Source: Oceanispirochaeta sp.
GTDB taxonomy: Bacteria; Spirochaetota; Spirochaetia; DSM-2461
Assembly: GCA_963666275.2 (NCBI GenBank)
Contig: CAXXOA010000001.1
Coordinates: 2,400,001 to 2,464,000 of the forward strand
Length of the DNA: 64,000 nt
Direction: 5' to 3'
The notes below the pieces were generated by a model, which was given only the letters and a program-made list of their open reading frames with translations, was not told the DNA's origin and searched no databases. Below are positions 29,264 to 40,354 of this stretch, in pieces; the first letter of the stretch is position 1, and every line of letters starts with the position of its first letter. Both the position numbers and the translations under genes were made by a program.

Positions 29264-30640
29264 CTAGAGGATATACCGGCTCAGATCCCTGTCCTGGATG
29301 ATATCCCCCAGCCGTTCATCCACATACTGGGGGGTGATCGGCACGGACTGTCCTTTCATTTCCGGCGCATTGAAGGAAACCTCCTCCAGCAGATGCTCCA
29401 TAATGGTATGAAGCCTTCTGGCACCTATATTTTCAGTGCGGTTGTTCACCTCTTCGGCAATCTCCGCCAGCCGTCTTGTGGCTTCCGCTGTAAACTCCAG
29501 AGTGACCTCTTCGGTATTCAGAAGCTGCGTATACTGCTTTATCAGCGCATTGCGGGGCTGAGTCAGGATCATCTCGAAGGCATCGGCATTGAGATCCTCC
29601 AGTTCCACCCGGATGGGGAAACGTCCCTGAAGCTCCGGAATCAGATCCGAAGGCTTGGACAGATTGAAGGCACCGGCGGCGATAAACAGGATATGGGATG
29701 TATCGATCATACCGTATTTGGTATTCACTGTGCTCCCTTCCACGATGGGCAGAATATCCCTCTGCACACCTTCCCGGGAGACATCCTGTCCACCGGTCTT
29801 ATTTGCCTTATTGGCAATCTTATCAATCTCATCTATGAAGATGATTCCCATATTCTGAACCCTGTCCCGGGCTATATCCACGGCGCTTTCGCTGTCGATC
29901 AGCTTATCGGTCTGTTCACTCAGCAGGATCTCTCTGGCCTGGGAGACGGAAACCTTTCTGGATTTTTTATTTCCGCCGCCGAAGATACTTCCCAAAGCTC
30001 CCAGATTCATATCCATGGCTTCAAAGTTGTTTCCTGAAAAGATCTCAATGCTGGGCCGAGAGCCGGAGGAGACTTTCACATCCACCTGCCTGTCTTCCAG
30101 TTCTCCCGCTCTGAGTTTCCTCCTGAGGACCTCTCTGGTATGGGACCCCGGCGCTTCGGGAATCACATCGGGAAGATTCCCGGCACTCGCGCCCTGGGGG
30201 GGGACATTTTTGGATCCCGGAAGGAGCAGATCGAGCAGAGCCTCTTCGGTAGCGGCTTCGGCTTCTTCCTGAACGCCTTCCTTCAGCTCATTTTTCACCA
30301 TGGAAACAGCCGCCGCCATCAGATCCCGTACCATGGATTCCACATCCCGACCCACATAGCCGACTTCTGTGAATTTGGTAGCTTCCACTTTGATGAAAGG
30401 CGCTCCGCAGAGCCGGGAAAGTCTCCGGGCGATCTCTGTTTTCCCCACTCCGGTGGGTCCGATCATAATAATATTTTTGGGAGCGATTTCATCCCGCATG
30501 TCTTCGGGAAGCATCGAGCGGCGCAGACGGTTGCGAAGGGCTATGGCCACAGCCTTTTTTGCCTTGTTCTGTCCAATGATGTATTTATCCAGTTCCGCTA
30601 CGATTTCACGGGGGGTCTGCTGTTCCAGTCCTGCACTCAT
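29264..30640 (-). CDS. hslU: ATP-dependent protease ATPase subunit HslU
   Basis: [46 protein letters not shown]-terminal DLSRYIL. Confidence 0.98.
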   Translation of the reverse strand: MSAGLEQQTPREIVAELDKYIIGQNKAKKAVAIALRNRLRRSMLPEDMRDEIAPKNIIMIGPTGVGKTEIARRLSRLCGAPFIKVEATKFTEVGYVGRDVESMVRDLMAAAVSMVKNELKEGVQEEAEAATEEALLDLLLPGSKNVPPQGASAGNLPDVIPEAPGSHTREVLRRKLRAGELEDRQVDVKVSSGSRPSIEIFSGNNFEAMDMNLGALGSIFGGGNKKSRKVSVSQAREILLSEQTDKLIDSESAVDIARDRVQNMGIIFIDEIDKIANKANKTGGQDVSREGVQRDILPIVEGSTVNTKYGMIDTSHILFIAAGAFNLSKPSDLIPELQGRFPIRVELEDLNADAFEMILTQPRNALIKQYTQLLNTEEVTLEFTAEATRRLAEIAEEVNNRTENIGARRLHTIMEHLLEEVSFNAPEMKGQSVPITPQYVDERLGDIIQDRDLSRYIL

Positions 30641-31179
30641 GAAAGCTCCTCCACAATAATGTTATGATTCGTGTAAACACAGATGTCCGCGGCGATCTTC
30701 AAAGATCTTTCGGCGATTTCCGCCGCACTGAGATCCGATGAATCCAGATAGGCCTTAGCCGCCGCATAGGCGTAATTTCCGCCGGAACCGATGGCAATGG
30801 CGCCCCCTTCAGGTTCGATCACATCGCCGTTCCCCGAAAGGAGAAGGATCTTGTTTTTATCCATAACAAGAAGCATAGCCTCCAGACGTCTGAGAGCCCT
30901 GTCGGTTCTCCAGTCTTTGGCCAGTTCCACAGCAGAACGGGTGATATCCCCGTTAAACTCCCTCAGCTTTCCCTCGAAACGCTCTTCCAGAGTGAATGCA
31001 TCGGCGGTAGAACCCGCAAACCCGACAATGATCTGATCATTGTAGAGGCGGCGGACCTTCCGGGCATTCCCTTTCATGACCACCGATTCCCCCATTGTCA
31101 CCTGACCGTCTCCGGCCATGGCCATCTGGCCTTTATGATTAACAGCCAGAATGGTTGTTCCTTTTATTTTGATACTCAT
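30637..31179 (-). CDS. hslV: ATP-dependent protease peptidase subunit HslV
   Basis: GTTILAV (Thr nucleophile), [22 protein letters not shown]. Confidence 0.98.
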   Translation of the reverse strand: MSIKIKGTTILAVNHKGQMAMAGDGQVTMGESVVMKGNARKVRRLYNDQIIVGFAGSTADAFTLEERFEGKLREFNGDITRSAVELAKDWRTDRALRRLEAMLLVMDKNKILLLSGNGDVIEPEGGAIAIGSGGNYAYAAAKAYLDSSDLSAAEIAERSLKIAADICVYTNHNIIVEELS

Positions 31180-32102
31180 ACAGTACTCCTGTGATTCTTC
31201 TTCCTTCCTCTGCCGTGAGGATGGGCCTGCCTGTAGATCTGTCTGATCCGCTCTATGCCTGTGTGGGTGTAGACCTGGGTTGTAGAAAGACTGGCGTGTC
31301 CCAGCATCTCCTGAACAACCCTGATATCCGCTCCCTCGTTCATCAGCTCCGTGGCGAAGGCATGACGAAAAGCATGAGCTCCGACCTTCCGGTTCAAACC
31401 GGTTTTCTGCAGGTACTTCTGAATTATATAGTACACCCCGCGGGTTGTTAACCGCTCCCCTTTGTAGTCCAGAATCAGAGCTGTGATCCCGTCCTTTCCG
31501 GAGGATTCGAGTTTCTGATCCCTCAGGGGAATATAGGATTCCAGGGCTTTCCGGGCGCTTCTGCCAATAAACACGTAGCGCTGACGGCCGCCCTTTCCTC
31601 TGATGAGGATTCTGTTCTGATCCACGCTCATTCTGTCAAGATGACAGAGTTCGCTGACACGGCACCCTGTGGAATAGAGAAGTTCAAAAAGCACCCTGTC
31701 CCGGCAGCTTTCAAAACTGCCCTCTCCTGTGGCTTCTATCAGGGTTTCAATCTCTCTGTTGGTAAGATAGACAGGCAGATTGGACGGCTTTTTCTGGGAG
31801 CGCACTCCGGTAAAGGGATTTCCCGGGGAGTGCCCTTTCTTTTCAAGATAGTCGTAATACCCTTTCAGTGAAGAGAGGGTTCTGTTGATAGTGGAAGGAG
31901 AGAGCTGCCGCATCGTCAGGGACCCTATATAGAGCCTGGCGGCATTTCTGTCCGGACCGGTCACAGAGATATCCTCCTGAACGAGGAAGTGGTACCAGTT
32001 TCTGATATCTCTGGTATAGGCCTGAACCGTCCGTTCCGAGAGGGTCCGTATATTCCGGCAGGTCTGTATATAGTCCATGATCCACTGTTCCACTTTATCC
32101 AT
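31176..32102 (-). CDS. xerC: Tyrosine recombinase, XerC-like
   Basis: [34 protein letters not shown]; xerC-hslVU synteny. Confidence 0.85.
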   Translation of the reverse strand: MDKVEQWIMDYIQTCRNIRTLSERTVQAYTRDIRNWYHFLVQEDISVTGPDRNAARLYIGSLTMRQLSPSTINRTLSSLKGYYDYLEKKGHSPGNPFTGVRSQKKPSNLPVYLTNREIETLIEATGEGSFESCRDRVLFELLYSTGCRVSELCHLDRMSVDQNRILIRGKGGRQRYVFIGRSARKALESYIPLRDQKLESSGKDGITALILDYKGERLTTRGVYYIIQKYLQKTGLNRKVGAHAFRHAFATELMNEGADIRVVQEMLGHASLSTTQVYTHTGIERIRQIYRQAHPHGRGRKKNHRSTV

Positions 32103-33105
32103 AGTAGGGCATCCTTTCCGCATGGGCGGTTCCGCCTGTTTTTTCTGACTGACAGATCATCCGCCAGAGAGAGAAATCTCCCTCCCGGGCCGTCCGGGGA
32201 GTATTCCAGAATCCCCGTTCTGTCGGAACCGGGGGAGCGATCCGGCCGGGGAAAATATCCGCTGCGGATCCGATAACCCGGGCCCCCTGTTCGGCCAGGG
32301 AGGCAGACCCCTCACTGCGGGTTCCCTCCAGACCGCAGCGGTGAACCAGGACCTCCCGCCCCTGCTCCAGAGCATAATCGGCGGTATAAAGCGCACCGGA
32401 ACGCCGGGGAGCCTGTACAACCACAATATGAGTGCTCAAACCGCTTATGATTCTGTTCCTTTTGGGAAAATTGTAGCGGCAGGGGATGGTTCCCGGAAAG
32501 AACTCACTGATGAGCCCTCCCCCGGCGGCAAGGATATCCTTCGCTATTTTGCCATGGGCAGCGGGATAGACGATATCGCAGCCTGTTCCCAGAACTGCCC
32601 ATGTTCTGCCTTTGAGAGAAACCGCCCCCTTATGGGCGGCGCCATCCACACCCGCAGCCAGACCTGAAATAACGGGAATCCCGTTTCGGCCTGCATCCAG
32701 CCCCAGAACAAAAGCCTCTTTTTCCGCGGAAAGGGAAGGCTTTCTTGTTCCGACCACTGCCAGGGAATCCTCGTTCCCGGGAGGCAGCGTCCCCTTCCAG
32801 AAAAGGACCAGGGGAGGATCGTAAATCTCCTTCAGGAGAGAGGGATAGTTTGAATCTGTACAGGAACAGAAGGAAATGCCTGATTTTTCGGCAAAAGCCA
32901 GGTCGTCCCCGGCCTGTTCCAGCATCTTTGAAGGATTGAATGACCGGCAGTAGAGTTTACGTCCCAGCAGCCATTCCGCTTCAAACCGGGTAAGCCCGGA
33001 AAAAGCTTTTTCATGGGGATACTCTTTCAGCAGAAGGAGTTTTTCCTCCAGCCTCAGGGAGCTGAGTCTGTGCAGGGCCAACAGGACGATCTGATTCACT
33101 GCCAT
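32095..33105 (-). CDS. dprA: DNA-processing protein DprA/Smf
   Basis: YPSLLKEIYDPP, AVVGTR, ISGLAAGVDGAAH, FPKRNRIISGLS, SGALYTA. Confidence 0.96.
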   Translation of the reverse strand: MAVNQIVLLALHRLSSLRLEEKLLLLKEYPHEKAFSGLTRFEAEWLLGRKLYCRSFNPSKMLEQAGDDLAFAEKSGISFCSCTDSNYPSLLKEIYDPPLVLFWKGTLPPGNEDSLAVVGTRKPSLSAEKEAFVLGLDAGRNGIPVISGLAAGVDGAAHKGAVSLKGRTWAVLGTGCDIVYPAAHGKIAKDILAAGGGLISEFFPGTIPCRYNFPKRNRIISGLSTHIVVVQAPRRSGALYTADYALEQGREVLVHRCGLEGTRSEGSASLAEQGARVIGSAADIFPGRIAPPVPTERGFWNTPRTAREGDFSLWRMICQSEKTGGTAHAERMPYYG

Positions 33106-33845
33106 TTCTCCTCTTTTATCCTCTGGATATACTCACGGGTCTGCTGCTTCTGTTCTTCCGAACCGGGCAGAGTCAGAACTTTGTTATAGTGATCCAGGGC
33201 CTCTTCCAGGGATCCCATATCTTCAAGCAGCTGTCCGTAGAGAAGATGGGCCTTGCTGTCACTCCGTTCTACAGAGAGATACTCCTCCAGATAGGGCTGT
33301 GCTTCAAAAGGACGGTTCAATTCGTAAATATAGAGAATGGCAAGGCTGAAATAGGGAGACATAAACCGGGGCTCCACCTGAATGGCCCTCAGATAGTCCT
33401 GTTCGACCATTTCCATCTCGTCCTGTTTCTGTTCCGGGCTCTGGGTCGTTAATGCCAGCCGGGACTGGGCGACCCCCCGGTAGTAGTAGAGTCTTCCGTT
33501 TTCGGGAGAAAACTCCAGAGAACGGCTGAAACTGTCCCGGGCGGGTCCGTACATTTTGTAGTCCAGAAACTTCAGTCCCAGGGTTCTGTAGAAACGGCCT
33601 GTATTCCGTCCGGCGGTAATGGCATCATTCAGTTCATCTTCCCAGCGGTTGAGCTCTTTGCGGATCTCCCTGATCTCTTCAGGTTCCTCCCCGGCGCTGA
33701 GGGTTCCCCCCTCCATTTCATAAACCCGCTCAGCCAGCTCGGTATTCCGGCCGGGCTGACAGGACAGGAGAAGAGTCATCACAGTCAAAAGGAGTAGTGC
33801 TATCTGTCTTTTTCCGGCACCAGCCGGCGTATTCAGTTTAAACAT
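33096..33845 (-). CDS. Tetratricopeptide-repeat lipoprotein
   Basis: Lipobox LLLSC; TPR-like helices (LYYYRGVA, AHLLYGQLLEDMGSLEEALDHYNKVL). Confidence 0.8.
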   Translation of the reverse strand: MFKLNTPAGAGKRQIALLLLTVMTLLLSCQPGRNTELAERVYEMEGGTLSAGEEPEEIREIRKELNRWEDELNDAITAGRNTGRFYRTLGLKFLDYKMYGPARDSFSRSLEFSPENGRLYYYRGVAQSRLALTTQSPEQKQDEMEMVEQDYLRAIQVEPRFMSPYFSLAILYIYELNRPFEAQPYLEEYLSVERSDSKAHLLYGQLLEDMGSLEEALDHYNKVLTLPGSEEQKQQTREYIQRIKEEKWQ

Positions 33846-33847
33846 AC

Positions 33848-34741
33848 CTAACCTCTGGGATGAAAATCCCCGTGTGCTTTGACAAGATCATCCCGATCCA
33901 GATGGGTATAAATCTGGGTTGTACTGATATCGGAATGCCCCAGCATCTCCTGAACGCTCCTCAGATCCGCCCCGCCCTGTAGCAGATGGGTGGCAAAGGA
34001 GTGACGAAGGGTGTGGATTTTGCCGGAGACCCCGGCATTGTCCGCAATGGTCCTGAAATTTTTCCACATCCCTTTCCGGGAGAGCCCTTTCCCCCGGTTG
34101 TTGAGAAAAACCTTGTTTGTCTGGACACCGGGTTTCAGAAGCCGGGGTCTCACATCCTTCAGATAGAGACGGAGCCAGTATTCCGCTTCGCTTCCCAGAG
34201 GGACCCATCTCTCTTTACTGCCTTTACCGAAAACCTGAATCATCCCCTCTTCCACAAAAATCTGGGTCATTTCCATTTCCACAGCTTCGGAGACCCGCAG
34301 GCCGCAGGAGTAGATCAGCTCAAAAAGGGTTCTGTCCCTTTTACCCAGGTTTGTATCCAGAGGAATCGCATCAAGAAACGCTTCAATCTCTTCCAGGTTC
34401 ATAACCTCCGGCAGAGACTGGGTGATGCGGGGCATATCCATGGAGTTCAGGGGATTGTCCTGCCGGATTCCCGAAAGCTGGAGATACTCCATCATGGACC
34501 GGAGACTGCTGAGGATCCGGGAGAGTGTCCGGGGACTCAGGTCTTTCTCCTTCTGCCTTTCATGGATCAGATAATCTTCCAGAACAGCCGTATCCGCATC
34601 GCTCCAGGTCCGGTTTTTCTTTTCCAGAAAATCTTCAAGCCTCAAAACCTCCCGCAGATAGGCTTCCACTGTATTGGGAGACATACGGAGCTCAACTCTG
34701 AGGTAGGTATCGTACTGCCTGGAGATTTTCAAACCGGTCAT
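33848..34741 (-). CDS. xerD: Tyrosine recombinase, XerD-like
   Basis: RDRTLFELIYSCGLRVSE, GKGSKERWVP, HTLRHSFATHLL, LGHSDISTTQIYTH. Confidence 0.9.
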   Translation of the reverse strand: MTGLKISRQYDTYLRVELRMSPNTVEAYLREVLRLEDFLEKKNRTWSDADTAVLEDYLIHERQKEKDLSPRTLSRILSSLRSMMEYLQLSGIRQDNPLNSMDMPRITQSLPEVMNLEEIEAFLDAIPLDTNLGKRDRTLFELIYSCGLRVSEAVEMEMTQIFVEEGMIQVFGKGSKERWVPLGSEAEYWLRLYLKDVRPRLLKPGVQTNKVFLNNRGKGLSRKGMWKNFRTIADNAGVSGKIHTLRHSFATHLLQGGADLRSVQEMLGHSDISTTQIYTHLDRDDLVKAHGDFHPRG

Positions 34742-34745
34742 TTTT

Positions 34746-35954
34746 TCAGCCTTCGTTCCCGGAAGGAACTTTTTTATTTCTCAGATAGGTGGGGACATAG
34801 AGATCGGTCTCTACCGACCCGGCTCCGAGGAAGCTCTGGAATCCGTTACCCCCTCCGGAAATCTCCCTTTTAACAGAGCTGGAATCGTCATAAAAACTCT
34901 TCCACTTGTCATAGGAGAGGACTTCATCATTTTCTGAAGGGATAGCCGGGATCTTCTCTTCCACAGCCTGCTCGGCCTGCTGACTATTCCGTCTGGAATG
35001 AAAACCTGTGGCAATGACCGAAACCTGAATTTCATCTTCCATGGCTTCGTCAATGGTGGTACCGGAAATCACAGTGGCATCGGGATCAATGTTTTCCGTA
35101 ATGATATCCATAATCTCTTTGTATTCAGACAGTGCCAGGCTGTGACCGCCGGCAACATTCACAAGAAGCCCCATGGCTCCATCGATATTGGCATCTTCCA
35201 GCAGGGGGTTGTTGATGGCGCTGGTGGCGGCATCGATGGCCCGGTTATCGCCCCGGCCCGTACCGATTCCCATGAGAGCCTCTCCCTGGCCGTTCATAAC
35301 GGCTTTAACATCGGCAAAGTCAATGTTGATATCCCCATGCTGGGTTATCAGATCGGAAATTCCCTGTACGCCCTGTCTGAGAACATCATCGGCTTTGAGA
35401 AAGGCTTCCCGGATCGGAGTGTTCTTCTCGACGATTTTCATAAGGTTTTCATTGGGAATCGTAATGAGAGTATCCACTTCGTTGTAAAGTTTCTCTATAC
35501 CCGATTCGGCAAGGCCCATCTTCCTTTTCTGCTCGAAACCGAAGGGTTTTGTAACAACAGCTACGGTCAGAGCTCCGATCTCCTTGGCAATTCTGGCAAT
35601 AACGGGAGCGCTTCCCGTCCCGGTACCGCCGCCCATGCCGGCAGTGATGAAAACCATGTCCGCCCCTTTCAGGATGTTTTTGATGGTTTCCTTGTCCTCT
35701 TCTGCCGCCTGTTCGCCCACATCGGGATTTCCACCTGCTCCCAGACCGCCTGTCAGCTTGGTCCCCAGAGGAAGCTTGATCTTTGCCTCCGATTTTTCAA
35801 GGGCCTGCAGATCCGTATTAGCCGCTACAAATTCAACACCCTGTACACCACAGGAAATCATGCGGTTTACCGCATTACTTCCGCCGCCGCCCGCACCTAT
35901 GACTTTGATAACCGTTTTGTTACCTAAAGTTTCTTCCAGAATTTCCAGTTCCAT
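34746..35954 (-). CDS. ftsZ: Cell division GTPase FtsZ
   Basis: [30 protein letters not shown]-terminal VPTYLR. Confidence 0.99.
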   Translation of the reverse strand: MELEILEETLGNKTVIKVIGAGGGGSNAVNRMISCGVQGVEFVAANTDLQALEKSEAKIKLPLGTKLTGGLGAGGNPDVGEQAAEEDKETIKNILKGADMVFITAGMGGGTGTGSAPVIARIAKEIGALTVAVVTKPFGFEQKRKMGLAESGIEKLYNEVDTLITIPNENLMKIVEKNTPIREAFLKADDVLRQGVQGISDLITQHGDINIDFADVKAVMNGQGEALMGIGTGRGDNRAIDAATSAINNPLLEDANIDGAMGLLVNVAGGHSLALSEYKEIMDIITENIDPDATVISGTTIDEAMEDEIQVSVIATGFHSRRNSQQAEQAVEEKIPAIPSENDEVLSYDKWKSFYDDSSSVKREISGGGNGFQSFLGAGSVETDLYVPTYLRNKKVPSGNEG

Positions 35955-36018
35955 AAAATCCCCTCCCAAGGATATCCGAATATCTATGATCTAAGGCCTT
36001 TCACAAAAGGCCTGTATT

Positions 36019-37257
36019 CTATACAAAATTGCTCAGCCAGTCCCGGATGCCCTTCCAGACCGAATGCCCCGGACCGGCAGAACTCCCCTCACCCTCCGGA
36101 GAGTAGTGATTCTGCCCTTTGTCCGCTGCAATCACCAGCCCCACCGCCGAAGCGAAAACCGGGGTCCGGCAGGGACCGGGGATATCTCTGATTCCCGAAG
36201 GAATCCCTATACGGACAGGGCGGCTGAAAATATCCGAAGCCAGCTCGGCAGTCCCCTGCAGCTGTGCTCCTCCGCCAGTGATAACAATCCCGCCTCCCAG
36301 ACGGTTCAGATACCCCTTCTGATGGAGCTGTTTCCTCACAAGGAGGAAGATTTCCGCCATACGGGACTGGATGATCCGGCAGACTTCCACTTCCGGAAAA
36401 CTCCGGGGCGGTCGGCCTCCCAGTCCGGGCAGAAGGATTTCACCGGAAGGATCCACCAGGGGCTCCCAGCAGCATCCGTTTCCCAGCTTGATTTTTTCCG
36501 CCAGCTCCAGGGGCTGTTCCATCACAATCGACAGATCACTGGTCACCTGTTCCCCGCCCACAGGAAGGGAACCTGAATAGTGGGGGGCCCCTTCGTAGTG
36601 CAGAATGATATCTGTCGTTCCCCCGCCGATATCGATGAGCAGAACCCCGAGTTCTTTCTCTTCTTCTGTCAGGACAGCGTCTCCTGCGCACAGAGCCTCC
36701 AGAGAGATCTCATTAACTTTGTAGCCGCTCCTGTTAATACACTTGATAATATTCTGAGTGGCGGCGATGCTGGCAGTCACAATGTGGACGTCCGCTTCGA
36801 GTCTCACACCGATCATGTCCAGGGGATCCCGGATGCCCACTTTATCATCAACCATATAGTTCTGGGGAATCACATGAAGGATCTCTCTGTCCATGGGGGT
36901 GGCGATGGCTCTGGCAGCCTCCAGGACTCTTTTGATATCCAGGGCTGTGACCTCTCTTGTTTTACCGCTGACGGCCACGACACCCCGGGAATTCAGGCCC
37001 TCCACATTGCCGCCGGTCACGGCGGTATAGACATCGCTTACTGTGCGGCCTGCTTCCTGTTCCGCCTCTTCCACAGCCTGGGCAATGGCTCGCTGTGCCG
37101 CTTCGATATTGACAACCACACCTTTCCTGAGCCCTTCCGAGGGGACCTGGGCATAACCGGATATATAGAGTTCCCCTTCTTCATTGTATTCGGCGATAAC
37201 AGCACAAATGGTATCTGTACCTATATCCAGTCCGACAATAATATCATTCTCCGGCAC
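36019..37257 (-). CDS. ftsA: Cell division protein FtsA
   Basis: VGLDIGT, LIDIGGGTTD, ITGGGAQL; C-terminal amphipathic WLSNFV. Confidence 0.97.
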   Translation of the reverse strand: MPENDIIVGLDIGTDTICAVIAEYNEEGELYISGYAQVPSEGLRKGVVVNIEAAQRAIAQAVEEAEQEAGRTVSDVYTAVTGGNVEGLNSRGVVAVSGKTREVTALDIKRVLEAARAIATPMDREILHVIPQNYMVDDKVGIRDPLDMIGVRLEADVHIVTASIAATQNIIKCINRSGYKVNEISLEALCAGDAVLTEEEKELGVLLIDIGGGTTDIILHYEGAPHYSGSLPVGGEQVTSDLSIVMEQPLELAEKIKLGNGCCWEPLVDPSGEILLPGLGGRPPRSFPEVEVCRIIQSRMAEIFLLVRKQLHQKGYLNRLGGGIVITGGGAQLQGTAELASDIFSRPVRIGIPSGIRDIPGPCRTPVFASAVGLVIAADKGQNHYSPEGEGSSAGPGHSVWKGIRDWLSNFV

Positions 37258-38040
37258 CTAAACGCCCTCCCTCATTTTCAGTATTACCTGTCCGGACCTG
37301 AAATCCGCATATTCCACATCACTCAGCATGGCCCTTTTCTTCATCACATCCAGGACAAGCATCGCCTTCTTGAGGAGCTGTTCATCCAGGTTTTCCGATA
37401 CAAGAACGGGTATGGCGAAGGACTTGAAGTAAAGTGTAAAATCATAAAGGCCTTCTCCCTTTTCCCTGACGGATATCTCGGAGATCCCGCTGAAAAGAAG
37501 GGGATTGTCCATCTGAAGCATTTTAAGATCTTCCAGAAGCGGCATAAGCCCCTCGGGCAGGGTCATCCCCACCTCCATTTCTGAAAATTCCGATCCTGTC
37601 AGAACGGGAAGATCCAGACCTTCTCCGGCATGACCCGCATGAAAGAGGACCCCCTGATCATCAAATACAACGGGAAGAGCTGTGTTGTCCTGGACTTTCA
37701 GGAACATTCCCAGAGGATTCCTTCCGTAGAGGACGATTTTCAGGGTATTGGGAAACTGCTTCTCCACAAAGGCCTTCCGAATGAGGGGCGAACTCTCATA
37801 ACTGGCCTGAACAATGTCCTCATCCAGCGTAAGATAGTTGACCTGTCCCTGAATCCCTCCCATCCGCAGAAGCGTCTGGTCAGGCAGCTGCAGTGTGCTT
37901 TCCAGCAGGACCTGCCGGATCTTCATCCTGGGTATGACCAGCACATTCAGGACAATCTGAATGACCAGGACAACAGCCAGTACCAGCATAACAAGAAAAA
38001 GAGTGTTCCGGGTTTTCCTGTAGAGGGAGGAGTTATTCAT
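37258..38040 (-). CDS. ftsQ: Cell division protein FtsQ/DivIB
   Basis: TM helix plus POTRA (VEKQFPNTLKI); C-terminal YADFR; lies between ftsW and ftsA. Confidence 0.88.
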   Translation of the reverse strand: MNNSSLYRKTRNTLFLVMLVLAVVLVIQIVLNVLVIPRMKIRQVLLESTLQLPDQTLLRMGGIQGQVNYLTLDEDIVQASYESSPLIRKAFVEKQFPNTLKIVLYGRNPLGMFLKVQDNTALPVVFDDQGVLFHAGHAGEGLDLPVLTGSEFSEMEVGMTLPEGLMPLLEDLKMLQMDNPLLFSGISEISVREKGEGLYDFTLYFKSFAIPVLVSENLDEQLLKKAMLVLDVMKKRAMLSDVEYADFRSGQVILKMREGV

Positions 38041-39175
38041 AACAGGCTTTCTCCTCATTCCGGATCATATACCGGGAAAAGTTCAGCAGCAGCCCGAATA
38101 TCCCCAGAGTGACAAAGGTGGATGTTCCACCTGCGGAAAACAGCGGCAGGGGAATACCTGTAGCAGGAAGAGCCCCGGAGACGACAGCCATATTGATAAG
38201 AGCCTGGAAATAGACAGCGCTGGTCAGACCGAAAGCAGCCAGACGAATGTAGGCTGTTTCTCCCTTCACCGCAATGGAATACCCTTTCAGGGCAAAGAAG
38301 AGATAGAGGGCCAGTATGAAAAGGATTCCCACGAATCCCGCTTCCTCACCCACTACGGCAAAAACAAAATCCGAATGCGCCGCAGGCAGACCACCCAGTT
38401 TAATCTCTCCCCGGCCGATTCCCAGGCCCAGGAGGGAACCGTTTTCCAGAGCCATCCGGGCTTTAAGGAGCTGATACCCCGCTCCGGAAGGATCTTCCAG
38501 AGGATGCAGCCAGGATTTGATCCTTTCAATCCTGTAGGGTTTTGCCATCACCATGGGCACCGCACAGAGGATGATGGAGAAAATGCCTGTAAAGAGATAA
38601 CTCCCTTTGAGACCGGCAATAAACAGGATAATAAGAGAAAGGGCGAAAATATAGATGGCAGAAGAAAAATCGTTCTGAAAATAGACAATCGATGTCATGA
38701 GAACGGCCATTATCAGCACCGGCAGAACCGAGTTGAGCAGATCGCTCATGGCCTCTTTCTTTTTATCCAGGATATGAGCCATATAGAGGACCAGGGCCAC
38801 TCTGACAAGTTCACTGGGCTGAAAGGACTGTCCCCCGATCTCGATCCACCTGGTAGCCCCGCCGGCATGGCTGCCGATACCGGGAACATAGGTAAGCAGA
38901 TTGAGTACCAGTGTGACAAAAACAAAGGGAATGGTCCATTTACGGATAAATCCCAGAGGAAGCCGTGAAAGGAGAAGCCCGAAAAGCCCTCCCAGAACAA
39001 TCCAGAGGAGCTGCCTGTTGAAAAAATAGAAAGGGTCGTTGGCGGCAATCCTGCCGAAATGATAGGAAGCGGAAAACAGAGCGCTCACACCTGTCCCTGT
39101 CAGGAGTACCATTACCCCTTTCAGTCCCGAGTCACTCATATTGCTGATGATCCTGTCCGCTGCGAACTGTCTCAT
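38033..39175 (-). CDS. ftsW: SEDS peptidoglycan polymerase FtsW
   Basis: GATRWI, FQPSE, LPAAHSDFVFAVVGEE, LPATGIPLPLFSAGGTS. Confidence 0.96.
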   Translation of the reverse strand: MRQFAADRIISNMSDSGLKGVMVLLTGTGVSALFSASYHFGRIAANDPFYFFNRQLLWIVLGGLFGLLLSRLPLGFIRKWTIPFVFVTLVLNLLTYVPGIGSHAGGATRWIEIGGQSFQPSELVRVALVLYMAHILDKKKEAMSDLLNSVLPVLIMAVLMTSIVYFQNDFSSAIYIFALSLIILFIAGLKGSYLFTGIFSIILCAVPMVMAKPYRIERIKSWLHPLEDPSGAGYQLLKARMALENGSLLGLGIGRGEIKLGGLPAAHSDFVFAVVGEEAGFVGILFILALYLFFALKGYSIAVKGETAYIRLAAFGLTSAVYFQALINMAVVSGALPATGIPLPLFSAGGTSTFVTLGIFGLLLNFSRYMIRNEEKACYE

Positions 39176-39201
39176 TTCCTCTTACCGCATCCTTTCCGCT
39201 T

Positions 39202-40281
39202 TTACTGTATCTTCAGAGTGGAAAGCCCCAGAAGGGCAAACATTCCGCCGAGAATCCAGAACCGGGTGACAACTTTGCTTTCGGCCCAGCCGGTCAGTTC
39301 AAAATGGTGATGGATGGGAGCCATTTTAAAGACCCTTTTCCCCGTTCTTTTAAAAGAGTAGACCTGAATCATCACAGAGGCGGTTTCGATCACAAAAACA
39401 CCCCCGATCACAAGAAGGAGGATCTCTTTTTTCAGGATCAGTGAAAGAAGAGCCAGAAAACCGCCCATGGACAGGCTCCCTGTATCTCCCATCATGACTT
39501 CCGATGGATGACAATTGAACCAGAGGAAGCCCACACAGGCTCCCAGAAGGGCCAGACCGCTGATGGTCAGCTCTCCTGTCCCGGCCAGATAGGGAATCTG
39601 AAGGTAATCGGCAAACTCTATATGACCGGAAAGATAGGCAATGGCCGAAAAGGCGATGAGCGCGAAGATCATCAGACCTGTAGCCAGACCGTCCAGCCCG
39701 TCGGTGAGATTCACAGCATTGGAAAATCCGACCATGTAGAAAACGCCGAAGGGAATGTAGAAGATCCCCATATCAAGAACAGCGTTTTTCAGAAACGGAA
39801 TATAGAGCAGGGTGGTATGTTCATTTCTAGTCAGATACAGAACCACCATGATGGTTGTGGAGATCAGAAGCTGTCCCCACAGTTTCAGTCCGGAACGGAG
39901 GCCTTCCGAACTTTTCCTGCTGATTTTGAGGTAGTCGTCCATAAAGCCGAGGCCGCCGAATCCGATAAGAGACAGAACCATGAGCCATGTATAGAACTGG
40001 GAGGTGTCCTGCCAGAGTATGATAGAAACAACAACCGAAAGGACGATCAGGACGCCCCCCATTGTGGGTGTCCCGGCCTTGGCCAGATGAGTCTGGGGTC
40101 CGTCGTTCCGGACCTCCTGGCCCAGTTTCAGCTGAGTCAGCATCCGGATAACCCGGGGGCCGAACATAAACGACAGAAGAAGAGCAGTCACAGCCGCATA
40201 AGCCGCACGGAAGCTTATGTACTTGAAAATATTAAAAAATGAAAAATACTTAACCAGCGGATAAAATATCGCCTCTAACAT
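39202..40281 (-). CDS. mraY: Phospho-N-acetylmuramoyl-pentapeptide transferase MraY
   Basis: KAGTPTMGG, GFMDDYLK, NAVNLTDGLDGL, MGDTGSL, MAPIHHHFE; ATG 40281 has a GGAGG SD. Confidence 0.98.
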   Translation of the reverse strand: MLEAIFYPLVKYFSFFNIFKYISFRAAYAAVTALLLSFMFGPRVIRMLTQLKLGQEVRNDGPQTHLAKAGTPTMGGVLIVLSVVVSIILWQDTSQFYTWLMVLSLIGFGGLGFMDDYLKISRKSSEGLRSGLKLWGQLLISTTIMVVLYLTRNEHTTLLYIPFLKNAVLDMGIFYIPFGVFYMVGFSNAVNLTDGLDGLATGLMIFALIAFSAIAYLSGHIEFADYLQIPYLAGTGELTISGLALLGACVGFLWFNCHPSEVMMGDTGSLSMGGFLALLSLILKKEILLLVIGGVFVIETASVMIQVYSFKRTGKRVFKMAPIHHHFELTGWAESKVVTRFWILGGMFALLGLSTLKIQ

Positions 40282-40327
40282 GTCCCCTCCCGAACACGGA
40301 AATTTCCAATTTACCAGTACCACCCCG

Positions 40328-40354
40328 TTATCGGGACAGATTATGTCGCTTTTA
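40328..40354 (-). promoter_or_regulatory. Putative sigma28 promoter upstream of mraY
   Basis: - strand TAAA-N15-CCCGATAA, one mismatch from TAAA-N15-GCCGATAA, in the murF-mraY gap. Confidence 0.55.

Noticed and set aside
31176..34741. Prophage, integrative element or invertible cassette bounded by two tyrosine recombinases
   Set aside because: Both are full-length XerC/XerD-like housekeeping genes in conserved synteny with dprA and hslVU; no att repeats, cargo or compositional shift seen, and no dif site recognised.
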